NCBI GenBank assembly: GCA_031368215.1
Contig: JANLRD010000171.1
Location: 13,933-77,932 of the forward strand
Origin: Acidimicrobiia bacterium
GTDB lineage: Bacteria > Actinomycetota > Acidimicrobiia > Acidimicrobiales > JANYDT01
Length of the DNA: 64,000 nucleotides
Direction: 5' to 3'
Position 1 is the first letter of the stretch. Each line of letters starts with the position of its first letter. The position numbers and the translations under genes are program-made. Of this stretch, positions 46,481-55,669 are shown in pieces. Below the pieces are notes generated by a model. That model ran no database searches, had not been told where the DNA came from, and worked only from the letters and a program-made list of their open reading frames with translations.

Positions 46481-46805
46481 TACTCCTCCTTCCCTTCAAA
46501 CACCGGCGTCCGTTCAAAGACCTTCGCCTTCCGGGCGCAAGCCTTGGTCGCTCGGTCGCTCAACCCTAAGGATGCGGATTCGGCGAGGCAATAGCCGAAA
46601 GAGGTATTGCCTTCACGAAGCAGTAGCCAAAACGTGTCTTTTCCCACGCTCTACGGAAGGAAAGAATGGCGCGGCGTAGCGAATGACTTTGGACACTTAT
46701 TCGGATCAGCCTTTGGCGGTCAAGCGAGGTTGGTGTGGCACAGATATTGCGGTGCCACTGCCATCGTGACACCGAATCTAGGGTGGACCTAGAGCCCAGT
46801 CAGAA

Positions 46806-48911
46806 TCAACCAAGGCGGATAATTTTGGCTACCGATGGAACCCTGTTTGCGTCCAATACAAACATCATGTAGTCGCCGGGAGGCGCCACTTGCGAGTTCA
46901 ACGGTCCATTCACGGTCACAGGGGTCGTTCCGTTTGCATCGGTTGTTCCGATCGTCGCCCCCAGCTGTACGGAACGTTGGTCCATATCGACGGAATGGGT
47001 CATCGACCCCAACGCCATGATGACGACCTCAGCGGGTCGGGGACCGATCACGGTGACGTTGAAGGCACCACGGAAACCGACAGACAATGGGGCGGAGGAA
47101 ATCGTGGGCCGTGGCTTCGACAGGTAGTCCGGTGAGTAGTACTGCAACGACGGCTTTTCGAGCGTAGTAGACGTCACTTGGCCTCTACCTCCCCCGATCA
47201 GCACCCGCCCGTCGGGGAGTAACAAGGCGACCGAGTGATAGCCCCGGACGACGTCCGATGACGATGTTCCGTTCGTGACCGCGAAGCTATTCTTTGGATC
47301 GACGTACTGAGCAGTCATGACTCCTGCATCACCGTTCATGTCGTGCCCGTTCACGATCAAGATTCGACCGTCGGGGAGCAACACCGTGCTCGGATGGTGG
47401 CGTTTCGTACCAAGTTCGATGGACGGCCGCCATCCGGGACTCGTCGAAGGGTCAAACACGTCAGCTTGATGCTGCGCTGTCTTGCCCATGTTGCCCCCGG
47501 CGACGATAAGAGACCCATTCGAGTATCCCCAGTCACCGTTGTTGACTCGAATCGGCAGCATCGCGGTCGAGGCGCCGTAGTTGATTCCGTCGCCGGCGGC
47601 TCCCGGGCGGGGTTGACGCCCGGCCACCCATACACTGGGCAGCGTGGAGCTTGCGAGCACCGGGTACCCGAACTCGCCGCCCATGATGATGTCCGCTCCT
47701 CCAACGCTGGTTGGCAGCACGAATATGTGCGTGTAGTCCTGCGCCGCGAGCAAAGGCGTGGTGTTCGCCGCCGCAGCCTTCAACACCCGAGCGTTGGTGA
47801 TCGGGTCGATCGTCTCAATCGAGAGATTCGGAAAGAAGCCGCTGGTGGTCACAAACTCGTGACCGCCCATCGTCATCATCCGACCGTCGGGGAGGCGAGT
47901 CACGGTCGGATACCAGCGACCGTTCGTGGTGTACGGACCGACACCGAGCATCTGACCCGGAAGGCGAGTCCACACTCCATTTTTGAAGACGGATTGCGTG
48001 GTGAGCCCGAACACGATCGTCTCGCCCGTCGATTGCACTTTTACTTGGCGAGTGCCTCCCGAGATAATCAGACTGCCGGTCGAGGTATGAGCTGCTCCCG
48101 TACAAATCAGGTCGTCGATGATGTAGGCGTCGCCTGAGAGCACCCCGTCGAACTGGATCGATTCAGCAATCTTGTTCACCACTAGGCTCGCCGGCGGAAT
48201 CGACCCGATTGCTGAAGGCGCGTACGTCCACGAGATGCTGTGGCTCGGTGTATCGGCCGTTGGTGGTTCGGCGCTGCGCGACGTCCCAATGAACACCGTG
48301 CTTCCGTCGCCCATCAGCGCAGCATGGACCGGAGCCGCCCACTGCCCGTCAGAAGTCCGCAGCACGATGGGAGCACCCCAGCTGTCGGCTCCCCCGGGCT
48401 CGGTCACCGAGATCGACGGAGGGAACAATGTTGTCGAAGACGGCACTGCGGTCGAGGTCGACGTCGACGCGGAAAACGACGTTGTCGAAGTGGTGCCCCC
48501 CGGTATGGTTGGCGCCATAGCAGCCATTGGCGCGACAGTCGTAAGCGCAGCTGGCCCACCAACCAAATTCGCCGTGGCCGGTTCATCCAGGTCGGCCTGT
48601 TCGATGACGGCGTCAAGTTGCGCAGGCGAGAGCGCCGGAATGTTCAAGCGCCGTTTCCGGTCTACCTTCGAGCGACGGTTGAAATGAAAGACCGGCGGGC
48701 CGCCCCCGTGAAGCACGTCATGAAGACTCGCGTTTGCGTGCTCCGATCTCGGGTCCGCAATTTGGTCGACACCCATGACCGATTCGGGCATTCGACCGAG
48801 GCCATCGCTCGAGCCGGGTGTCAATGCGGTCGACTGGTTCGAGACCAGGAGACTCGCAATCACGGCTGCCGACGCAAGTAGGACCCGTCGTTTGGACGAC
48901 CGCTGCCACAT
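46806..48911 (-). CDS. Secreted glyoxal/galactose-oxidase-like copper radical oxidase (kelch propeller + C-terminal DUF1929; GlxA-like)
   Basis: Signal peptide, Ser/Thr-rich linker, and repeated propeller blades (RWYPTVTRLPDGRMMTMGG, HHPSTVLLPDGRILIVNG, RGYHSVALLLPDGRVLIGGG). C-terminal Ig-like domain ...APPGDYMMFVLDANRVPSVAKIIRL. Confidence 0.7.
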   Translation of the reverse strand: MWQRSSKRRVLLASAAVIASLLVSNQSTALTPGSSDGLGRMPESVMGVDQIADPRSEHANASLHDVLHGGGPPVFHFNRRSKVDRKRRLNIPALSPAQLDAVIEQADLDEPATANLVGGPAALTTVAPMAAMAPTIPGGTTSTTSFSASTSTSTAVPSSTTLFPPSISVTEPGGADSWGAPIVLRTSDGQWAAPVHAALMGDGSTVFIGTSRSAEPPTADTPSHSISWTYAPSAIGSIPPASLVVNKIAESIQFDGVLSGDAYIIDDLICTGAAHTSTGSLIISGGTRQVKVQSTGETIVFGLTTQSVFKNGVWTRLPGQMLGVGPYTTNGRWYPTVTRLPDGRMMTMGGHEFVTTSGFFPNLSIETIDPITNARVLKAAAANTTPLLAAQDYTHIFVLPTSVGGADIIMGGEFGYPVLASSTLPSVWVAGRQPRPGAAGDGINYGASTAMLPIRVNNGDWGYSNGSLIVAGGNMGKTAQHQADVFDPSTSPGWRPSIELGTKRHHPSTVLLPDGRILIVNGHDMNGDAGVMTAQYVDPKNSFAVTNGTSSSDVVRGYHSVALLLPDGRVLIGGGRGQVTSTTLEKPSLQYYSPDYLSKPRPTISSAPLSVGFRGAFNVTVIGPRPAEVVIMALGSMTHSVDMDQRSVQLGATIGTTDANGTTPVTVNGPLNSQVAPPGDYMMFVLDANRVPSVAKIIRLG

Positions 48912-49038
48912 AACATCTCCGTCCCGCACACTTCGTCACCAGGAGCAAACCTCGCTCCCGTTTCCCGATGGGAAAGACTGCCCGGAATCGCAGTATTGCT
49001 CGAAACGTATCGAAAATCCAGCGGAAATGTGTTTTCTG

Positions 49039-49461
49039 CTACTCCGCGCCGTCGGGAGTCGGGCGGAACCGATAGATCGCCGGCCCGTCCGCAGTCGGGT
49101 GGAACACCACGGAAACCGCCATGCCGATGTGAACGTCGTCGACGTCACAGCCGACGATGTTGGTCAGGACGCGAGGACCTTCGTCCAACTCGACGTAGGC
49201 CACGACGTAGGGGCCGTGCTCCGCCCACACGCCCGCACCCTTTCGAGTGATCGAGAACGAGTAGATGGTTCCCCGGCCCGATGCGGGCACCCATTCGACC
49301 GACGACGACGCGCACAGCGGGCAGAAGCTCTTCGGATACCAGAGCGTTGCTCCGCACTCCACACAGCGCGGAAGCACGAGCTGTCCGACCGCAGTCGCCT
49401 CCCAGAATGGTCGGGTCTCGCTGTTCACGTCGACGTTGCGCACCGGGAGCGAACTGCTCAT
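49039..49461 (-). CDS. DUF35 Zn-ribbon/OB-fold protein (thiolase partner)
   Basis: CVECGATLWYPKSFCPLC zinc ribbon + OB-fold, with an ATGA overlap with the thiolase gene. The upstream part of the track ORF to 50013 is antisense or shadow. Confidence 0.8.
   Translation of the reverse strand: MSSSLPVRNVDVNSETRPFWEATAVGQLVLPRCVECGATLWYPKSFCPLCASSSVEWVPASGRGTIYSFSITRKGAGVWAEHGPYVVAYVELDEGPRVLTNIVGCDVDDVHIGMAVSVVFHPTADGPAIYRFRPTPDGAE
49053..49398. repeat. Direct repeat copy B (346 bp) inside the intact DUF35 gene
   Basis: See copy A. The four differences (49060, 49171, 49282, 49285) all fall on third codon positions and are synonymous. Confidence 0.85.
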
Positions 49462-50633
49462 GACGTCCTCCCGAGGATGAGCGTGGCGGAACCGGTGCGA
49501 GTGCCCAGGTTGCCGCCGGTGCCGTGAGCGAGGGCGAGCTCGCAACCAGGCACCTGCACCGCAGCATTGGCTTCGCCTCGAAGCTGTCGAACGGCCTCGA
49601 TGATCTTCGTCATGCCGCCTCGGTTGGACGGATGGTTGTTGCAGAGCCCACCGCCATCGGTGTTGAAGGGCAATCGGCCACCGGCCTCGAGCGCGCCCGA
49701 TTCGACGAAGGAACCGCCCCTCCCCTTCTCGCAGAATCCCAGGTCCTCGAGCGTCTGCAGCACGGTGATCGTGAAGCTGTCGTAGATCGACACGTACTCG
49801 ATGTCTGCTGGGGTGACACCGGCCTCGGCGAAGGCCCGCGGACCCGACCACACAGCAGCGGTGTGGGTGAGGTCGACGCGCCCGTTGGCGCTGTGCTTGA
49901 TCGCCTCGCCGTGCCCGAGCACCGACGCACATCGATCGGGCCGGGCAAGGTCGCGGGCCACCTCGGGGCTGACCACGACAACCGCACCGCCTCCGTCGGT
50001 GATGACGCAGCAATCGAGTCGATGGAGCGGATCAGCCACCATGGGCGAATCGAGCACCTGCTCGACCGTTACCACGTCGCGAAGGAAGGCGTTCGGATTG
50101 TGCGATGCATGTTTCGACGCCGCGACCTTGATCATCGCCAGCTGACTGCTCGTCGTTCCGAACTCGTGCATGTGGCGGGCGGCGGCCAGCGCATACATGT
50201 TGGGGACGTTCGAACCCCACTGCGACTCGAACGGACCCTCGGGCGCACTGGCACCGCCCGCACTTCCACCGGGTGCTCCGCCTCCGGTGCGGGGCTTGCC
50301 GCCCAGCGTGATCAGCGCCACCTGGCACTTTCCCGCTGCAATCGCCGCAGCAGCATGGCCGACGTGGGCAAGGTACGAAGAGCCACCGGTCTCGGTGGTG
50401 TCGGTGTAGTTGACGCGCAGACCGAGATAGTCCGCCATCGAGATGCCGCCGAACCCGGGTGCGTCTCCGGCACAGAAGTACGCGTCGACATCGGAAAGAG
50501 TAAGCCCGGCATCGGCGAGGGCTCCGACGCCAACCTGCGCGTGGATCTGCGGAAGGCTCAGATCGGGCAGATGCCGGCCAGGGTGTTCGAAGACCCCGGC
50601 GATCTTGGCGAGGTTTCGTGCGTCGCGAGCCAT
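49458..50633 (-). CDS. Thiolase-like protein (SCP-x/lipid-transfer-type acetyl-CoA acetyltransferase)
   Basis: Thiolase N- and C-terminal domains (...VALITLGGKP..., ...NTDGGGLCNNHPSNRGGMTKIIEAVRQLRGE...) and the typical pairing with DUF35. Confidence 0.8.
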   Translation of the reverse strand: MARDARNLAKIAGVFEHPGRHLPDLSLPQIHAQVGVGALADAGLTLSDVDAYFCAGDAPGFGGISMADYLGLRVNYTDTTETGGSSYLAHVGHAAAAIAAGKCQVALITLGGKPRTGGGAPGGSAGGASAPEGPFESQWGSNVPNMYALAAARHMHEFGTTSSQLAMIKVAASKHASHNPNAFLRDVVTVEQVLDSPMVADPLHRLDCCVITDGGGAVVVVSPEVARDLARPDRCASVLGHGEAIKHSANGRVDLTHTAAVWSGPRAFAEAGVTPADIEYVSIYDSFTITVLQTLEDLGFCEKGRGGSFVESGALEAGGRLPFNTDGGGLCNNHPSNRGGMTKIIEAVRQLRGEANAAVQVPGCELALAHGTGGNLGTRTGSATLILGRTS

Positions 50634-50764
50634 CCGGCGAACCTAGCGGCGGACCCCTCGAGAATTCGAACCCACGGCCTCCTTTCGTGCACGACTTCGG
50701 AAGTTCTCGCCGCAACCGCTAGCTTCAGGTTCGCAAGGCCTGAGCCCGCGGAGAGAGGAGCCTC

Positions 50765-52630
50765 GTGTCCATACGGATCGATCCCGATACCGGCCTGAAG
50801 GTTTTCGCCACACGGGCGGCCAAGGCGACAGACAAGATCGCGGGCAAGGGCTATTCGATCCTCGACGACGCATCCCTCACCACGCTTCCGCCGCCTCCGC
50901 CTGGTGCGGTGTTCAACGCCGAGGAACAGGCGAAGTACCAGGCGTACAAAGAAGCTCGCCGGGGCGCGGCGGACTACATCCCGATCGACGGTGCCTTCAG
51001 CTCGTACCTGAAGGACGTCTACTCCGCCGACCCGGTGCCTCGAGAGGCGCTCACCGACGCATGCGAGGTCCTCGTCGTGGGCGCCGGCTTCGCCGGTCTG
51101 CTCCTCTGGTATCGGCTGCGCCAGGCGGGGTTCGTCGACGTTCGGTTCTGCGAGAAGGGTGGCGACGTCGGCGGCACCTGGTACTGGAACCGCTATCCCG
51201 GTGTGGCGTGCGACGTCGAGGCCTACAGCTACCTGCCGCTCCTCGAAGAGATGGGATACATCCCGTCGATGAAATTCGCATCGGGGTTCGAGATCCTGGA
51301 GTACTGCCAGGCGATGGCGGACAAGTTCGGCTTCTATGACCACTGCCTCTTCCACACCACGGTCGAGAAGACGGAGTGGGACGAAACGACCGGCTTGTGG
51401 ACGGTGCAGACCGACCGCGGCGACGCGATGCGTGCGCGCTACGTCATCCTCGCCAACGGCATCCTCACGAGTCCCAAGCTGGCCCGCATCGAGGGGATGG
51501 AGACCTTCTGCGGTGAGGCGTTTCACACCTCACGCTGGAACTACAACGTGGATCTCGATGGCAAACGGGTCGGGATCATCGGGACCGGGGCCACGGCGGT
51601 GCAGGCGATTCCGGAGCTGGCCAAGGTCGTCGGCGAGCTGTACGTGTTCCAGCGCACACCTTCGACCATCGACGTGCGTGATCAGCGGGCGACCACCGAC
51701 GAAGAAGTCGCCGCATGGGCCGACGAACCGGGATGGGCCCGCGCACGGCGGGCGCGCTTTTCGAAGATCTCCGCGGGACGCACGGCCATCAAGGCCAACG
51801 ACGATTATCTCGCCGGCAAGGTGGCCGACTTCAAAGAGCGCAAGGAACACGAACGGCAGCTCTCACCGGACGAGATGATCGACAAGCAGCTCGATACCAA
51901 CTTCCGCATCATGGAGCAGGTGCGGGCGCGTGTCGATGCGATCGTCAAGGATCCCAAGACGGCAGAGGCGCTCAAGCCGTACTACCCCTACGGCTGCAAG
52001 CGCCCCACGTTTCACGACGAGTACCTGCCGACGTTCAATCGACCCAACGTGTTCCTCGTCGACACCGCGCCGACGGGCGTGAGCCACATTAATGAGCGGG
52101 GCGTTGTGCATGACGGTGTCGAGTATCCGCTCGACGTGCTGATCTACGCCACGGGCTTCCAGTGGATGGCCACGTCTACGTTCAACATGATCACCGGCCG
52201 GGGCGGTCGCACGTTGAGCGAGAAGTGGAAATCCGAAGGCACGAAAACGTTCCTCGGCATTCACAGCAACGGCTTCCCGAACCTCTTCATCGTGACCGGC
52301 CCGCAGGGTGGGGGCGGGAGCTTCAACTTCACCGACGCCATCGAACAGCATGTCGAGTACATCGCCTCGCTGCTCACCACGATGCGAGACCGCGGCGTCA
52401 ACGTGGTCGATGTGCGAGAGGAGCCGGAGATCGCATACGCGCAACACTGCCGGGAGGCAGACATCGCCAGCGCGAAGTTGCGTGACTGCCTGTCGTATTA
52501 CAACGGCCACGGCGACGCCGAGCCGGGAAGCCTGGCCTACTACGGTGGCAGCGCGTGGCACCGCTGGCGCAACCGCGCCCAGGACTCACTCGATCCCTAC
52601 GTGTTCGCCACCGCGGACACCGGCCCCTGA
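50765..52630 (+). CDS. Type I Baeyer-Villiger flavin monooxygenase
   Basis: VVGAGFAGL (FAD), GGTWYWNRYPG, BVMO fingerprint FCGEAFHTSRWN (FxGxxxHxxxW), GIIGTGATAVQ (NADP). Confidence 0.85.
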   Translation: MSIRIDPDTGLKVFATRAAKATDKIAGKGYSILDDASLTTLPPPPPGAVFNAEEQAKYQAYKEARRGAADYIPIDGAFSSYLKDVYSADPVPREALTDACEVLVVGAGFAGLLLWYRLRQAGFVDVRFCEKGGDVGGTWYWNRYPGVACDVEAYSYLPLLEEMGYIPSMKFASGFEILEYCQAMADKFGFYDHCLFHTTVEKTEWDETTGLWTVQTDRGDAMRARYVILANGILTSPKLARIEGMETFCGEAFHTSRWNYNVDLDGKRVGIIGTGATAVQAIPELAKVVGELYVFQRTPSTIDVRDQRATTDEEVAAWADEPGWARARRARFSKISAGRTAIKANDDYLAGKVADFKERKEHERQLSPDEMIDKQLDTNFRIMEQVRARVDAIVKDPKTAEALKPYYPYGCKRPTFHDEYLPTFNRPNVFLVDTAPTGVSHINERGVVHDGVEYPLDVLIYATGFQWMATSTFNMITGRGGRTLSEKWKSEGTKTFLGIHSNGFPNLFIVTGPQGGGGSFNFTDAIEQHVEYIASLLTTMRDRGVNVVDVREEPEIAYAQHCREADIASAKLRDCLSYYNGHGDAEPGSLAYYGGSAWHRWRNRAQDSLDPYVFATADTGP

Positions 52631-52687
52631 GCACACCAAGGAAGGGCCGTGGCTGCTGCGGCATCGCCTTCGGCAGTCGTATCGACC

Positions 52688-53311
52688 CTACGCGCCTAGA
52701 GATTCGACGAAACCGAGTATCGGCTGGCAACGTCGCATCGCCGAATCGGAGGCGGGATCCCAAGGAAACCGACCTGCTCGATCGGGCCAGAGGATCTGCG
52801 ACACCTGCAGTTCGTCGTGAAGTCCGCGCTCTTGAGCGAAGCGACAGGCGTCGAGCACGTAGTCCGTTGTGGCCACGACTCGTTCGGGTACTGGCAGAAG
52901 CCGCACGGTCTCGTCGAGTTCCCCTCGGAGCACCCGGTCCCAATCCTCGGCGACGTGATTGATGAGATGAGCGCATTGGCGCGACGGCATCCCAACGACA
53001 ATCAGCTCGGGCAGACCGCTGAGTACTCGGCCGATCGAGTACGCCCACGACATCTCCCCAGGCGAACCGATCACGCCCCGAATGGCCATGCCTGTGCGGG
53101 CTACGACTTCGCCAACCCCTCGCCACTCGGCGGCCGGATCAAAGACCTCACCGCGGGCTTCGGCCTCGCACCCGATGCAGCCGCACTGGCGACGGGGCGG
53201 TGAATCAGGGTCAGCGAAGCCACTTGGGGTGAAGCGACCGCGGTTCGGGCGGGACGATGAGCGATGTTTGTGCCGAGTCATGTCGACACTTTGCCAAGGA
53301 GGGGCTGACAA
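52688..53311 (-). CDS. DUF4262-like hypothetical protein
   Basis: ...WAYSIGRVLSGLPELIVVGMP... resembles the DUF4262 core. The assignment is from memory only. Confidence 0.45.
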   Translation of the reverse strand: MSAPPWQSVDMTRHKHRSSSRPNRGRFTPSGFADPDSPPRRQCGCIGCEAEARGEVFDPAAEWRGVGEVVARTGMAIRGVIGSPGEMSWAYSIGRVLSGLPELIVVGMPSRQCAHLINHVAEDWDRVLRGELDETVRLLPVPERVVATTDYVLDACRFAQERGLHDELQVSQILWPDRAGRFPWDPASDSAMRRCQPILGFVESLGA

Positions 53312-53359
53312 TCCCCGTCACCCCGCAGCCCAGACCGAGGTCGGCCCGGACCAGCTCCA

Positions 53360-54268
53360 TCAGCTGAACTGCATTGCTGCTGGGAACGACCCGAAGTTGC
53401 CGGTGGCAACGCCGTTGCGCGTGCTTCCGGTGAACGACGGTGCTCCGGGGATTGCGGTGATCGTGAACGTCCCACCGGCGGCGAAGCTCGCTTTTCCGGC
53501 GTGCACGGCAGCGGTGCACATCGCCGAGTCCGCGGTGTAGAGATCAGTGCCCCACGCCTGACCCGCCTGCGCCGGATCGGCGAGTGGAGGACACTTGAAT
53601 GAGTACGCCGGTCCGTACTGGAAGCCGCTGAGAGCCCGGAGGTTGTCGCGCCAACCGATGACGCTCACCTGCCCGGGTCCCGGAAGCACCGCTTTGACCT
53701 CCGTGGCCGACCCCGCCCCGACGGCCGCGGGAGACCCTCCTGCTGTCGTCGGAGTAGATGCCGCACCCGACGCGGATCCCCCTGCGTCGCAACGAGGTCG
53801 GGCAACCGCAGCAGCGAGCACTCTGATCTGGGCCTCGAGAACATCGAGGTCGACCCACGCCTGATTGCGCTTGGCGAGCGACTGGCGACTGTTCGTGACG
53901 ATGTCGAGCAACGGGTAGCGATCCTTCTGCTTCTTCTCGAGGAGCGCCGTGAGTGTCGCCTGGTCGGCCGTGGCAATGCATCCGGCCACGGCGGCCGATC
54001 CGGCGGCACCGGAACTGCCACTCGACGAGGAGCCCGCGGCGGCCGCTCCCGCTCCGCCGCCCGACCCGCCTCCGGCGCTGCTGCCCGCCGCATCAGGGGG
54101 AAGGCCGCCAGCCTGGGGGAGCGGCGCAACCCGGGGGCGAACACGCGAGGACGGCTTCGTCCCGTAACAGCGGATGTCGTCGACGTCCATCAAGTAGTTG
54201 CAGCACTCACGGAGCGTGCGCTTCCCGTTCAACTTCGGCTTCGATGTGAGGCAGTCGTTGCGCGCCAC
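53360..54268 (-). CDS. LCCL-domain protein with Gly/Ala/Ser-rich low-complexity regions (possibly frameshifted at its 5' end)
   Basis: C-terminal FKCPP...GQAWGTDLYTADSAMCTAAVHAGKASFAAGGTFTITAIPG...FTGSTRNGVATG matches the LCCL pattern. GTG start, with no signal peptide in this frame. Confidence 0.6.
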   Translation of the reverse strand: MARNDCLTSKPKLNGKRTLRECCNYLMDVDDIRCYGTKPSSRVRPRVAPLPQAGGLPPDAAGSSAGGGSGGGAGAAAAGSSSSGSSGAAGSAAVAGCIATADQATLTALLEKKQKDRYPLLDIVTNSRQSLAKRNQAWVDLDVLEAQIRVLAAAVARPRCDAGGSASGAASTPTTAGGSPAAVGAGSATEVKAVLPGPGQVSVIGWRDNLRALSGFQYGPAYSFKCPPLADPAQAGQAWGTDLYTADSAMCTAAVHAGKASFAAGGTFTITAIPGAPSFTGSTRNGVATGNFGSFPAAMQFS

Positions 54269-54399
54269 GCCGGCTCTACCGTGTCGGCACGAGCGATCGA
54301 CACGCCAAGCATCGTCGACATCGTCGTCACCAGCGCTACGACGACGACCCGGCGCAAGACGCTCGGTCGCGTGGAATGCAGATCATCGTGTGCGGACAT
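54229..54399 (-). other. 56-codon ORF encoding only a signal-peptide-like sequence, overlapping the LCCL ORF start in another frame
   Basis: MSAHDDLHSTRPSVLRRVVVVALVTTMSTMLGVSIARA/DTVEPAW... This is my own translation; the ORF is too short for the track. Confidence 0.4.
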
Positions 54400-54580
54400 C
54401 AGGCGACTCCCCGTTTCGAATGGCTACAAGCACGGTGTCGGAACGGCAGTCGATGCCTATCGTGGCAGCACGACATGCGCCTGCGAGGGTGGGCACATCG
54501 TGCTCACCCGAGCGAGTCGAGCCAACGCACGTTCGACCCCCCGTCCGCATGACCTCGCCCGCAGTGCCAATGCCGCGTCG

Positions 54581-55669
54581 TCAGGTGTTCGGGTCGGCTG
54601 CGGGGAACGTGATCGTGAACGTCGACCCGAGGCCGAGGCCGCGCGAGTGAGCAACGATGGAGCCGTTCTGGGCACGGACGAAGGACCGGGCGATCGCGAG
54701 GCCTACGCCGGTTCCGTCGCTGAAGTGTTCGTCGACGCGCACGAAGCGCTCGAAGATGCGTGAGAGGTCGGCCTCTGCGATACCCCGACCGGTGTCCACG
54801 ACCGTGCATATGACCGAGCCAGCCCTACGTTCGACGAACGTATCGACCGAGCCGTGGTCGGTATAACGGATCGCGTTGCCGATCACGTTGGTCGCCACTT
54901 GGACGAGCCGGTCGCGTTCGCCGAGCACTGTGCAGGGTCCCTCACTCGAGAACCTGAGTCGAAGGCCCTTCCCTTCTGCCTGGACCATAAGCATACGCAT
55001 TACTTCGCTCACCACCTCGGCGAAGTCGACGAAGCTCGGCGCAGCCACCTCTGTCAGCTCAGCGGACGCCGACAGCGACGAAAGGTCACCGGCCAGTCGT
55101 CGCAGACGAGCGGCCTCGCGAGAAATCGAGGCGAAGGTTTCGGGGGTGGCCGGAACAACGCCGTCGAGGAGGCCCTCCATCGACCCTTCGATGGTCGAAA
55201 GAGGCGTGCGAAGCTCGTGGGCCACCTCACCGAGAAGATGGAGCCTCCGTTGCTCGGTGCGTTCGAGTTGCATCGCCAACTCGTTCACGTCGGCCGCCAG
55301 CCGGTGAAGTTCGGTGATCTGGCCACCGTCGACGCGGACGGCGTAGTCGCCTGCGGCGATGCGCCGGGTGGCCCCCGATGCCTCCTCGATCGGCTGGGCA
55401 ATCTGGCGGGTCAGTCGACGCGCGACCCATGCGGCGGAGAGAGCGGCAGAAGCGAACGCGGCAAGCAGAACGAGCGGCCCGGCCCTTCCTCGACGGCCGC
55501 GCGCTCGGCCACCGCGACCTCGACCGAAACCGAACGCTTCGTCACCGCTGATGTGGAACAGGTGCACCACGATGCCACCGAACAACGCAGTCGCAACCAT
55601 CAGCATCACCAACGCAATCGCGATCACCGCGAGGTGCGAGCGGAACAGCTGGGATCGGAGCGGTCTCAC
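54581..55669 (-). CDS. Two-component sensor histidine kinase (TM-HAMP-HisKA-HATPase_c)
   Basis: H-box LLGEVAHELRTPLSTI, N-box NVIGNAIRYT, G-boxes DTGRGI and GVGLAIAR. Confidence 0.85.
   Translation of the reverse strand: MRPLRSQLFRSHLAVIAIALVMLMVATALFGGIVVHLFHISGDEAFGFGRGRGGRARGRRGRAGPLVLLAAFASAALSAAWVARRLTRQIAQPIEEASGATRRIAAGDYAVRVDGGQITELHRLAADVNELAMQLERTEQRRLHLLGEVAHELRTPLSTIEGSMEGLLDGVVPATPETFASISREAARLRRLAGDLSSLSASAELTEVAAPSFVDFAEVVSEVMRMLMVQAEGKGLRLRFSSEGPCTVLGERDRLVQVATNVIGNAIRYTDHGSVDTFVERRAGSVICTVVDTGRGIAEADLSRIFERFVRVDEHFSDGTGVGLAIARSFVRAQNGSIVAHSRGLGLGSTFTITFPAADPNT

Noticed and set aside
46481-46805. AT-richer intergenic region with two 7-bp stem-loops (about 46587-46611 and about 46735-46758), considered as an sRNA, riboswitch or terminator.
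   Set aside because: The stems are short, have no U-tracts, and match no riboswitch core that I recognise. The region is more simply the promoter/5' UTR of the glycan operon plus the 3' UTR of the oxidase gene.
29477-49052. Calling the repeat-bracketed 19.6-kb segment a mobile element, ICE or prophage.
   Set aside because: I could find no integrase, transposase, relaxase, tRNA target or phage genes within or next to it. Only the direct repeats and the apparent GC shift are observed, so it is reported as a finding and not annotated as a mobile_element.
50634-50764. Partial inverted repeat (cgagaattcgaa ... cggaagttctcg) in the divergent thiolase/BVMO promoter, considered as a TetR-type operator.
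   Set aside because: The two arms are only partly complementary, and there is no regulator gene nearby.
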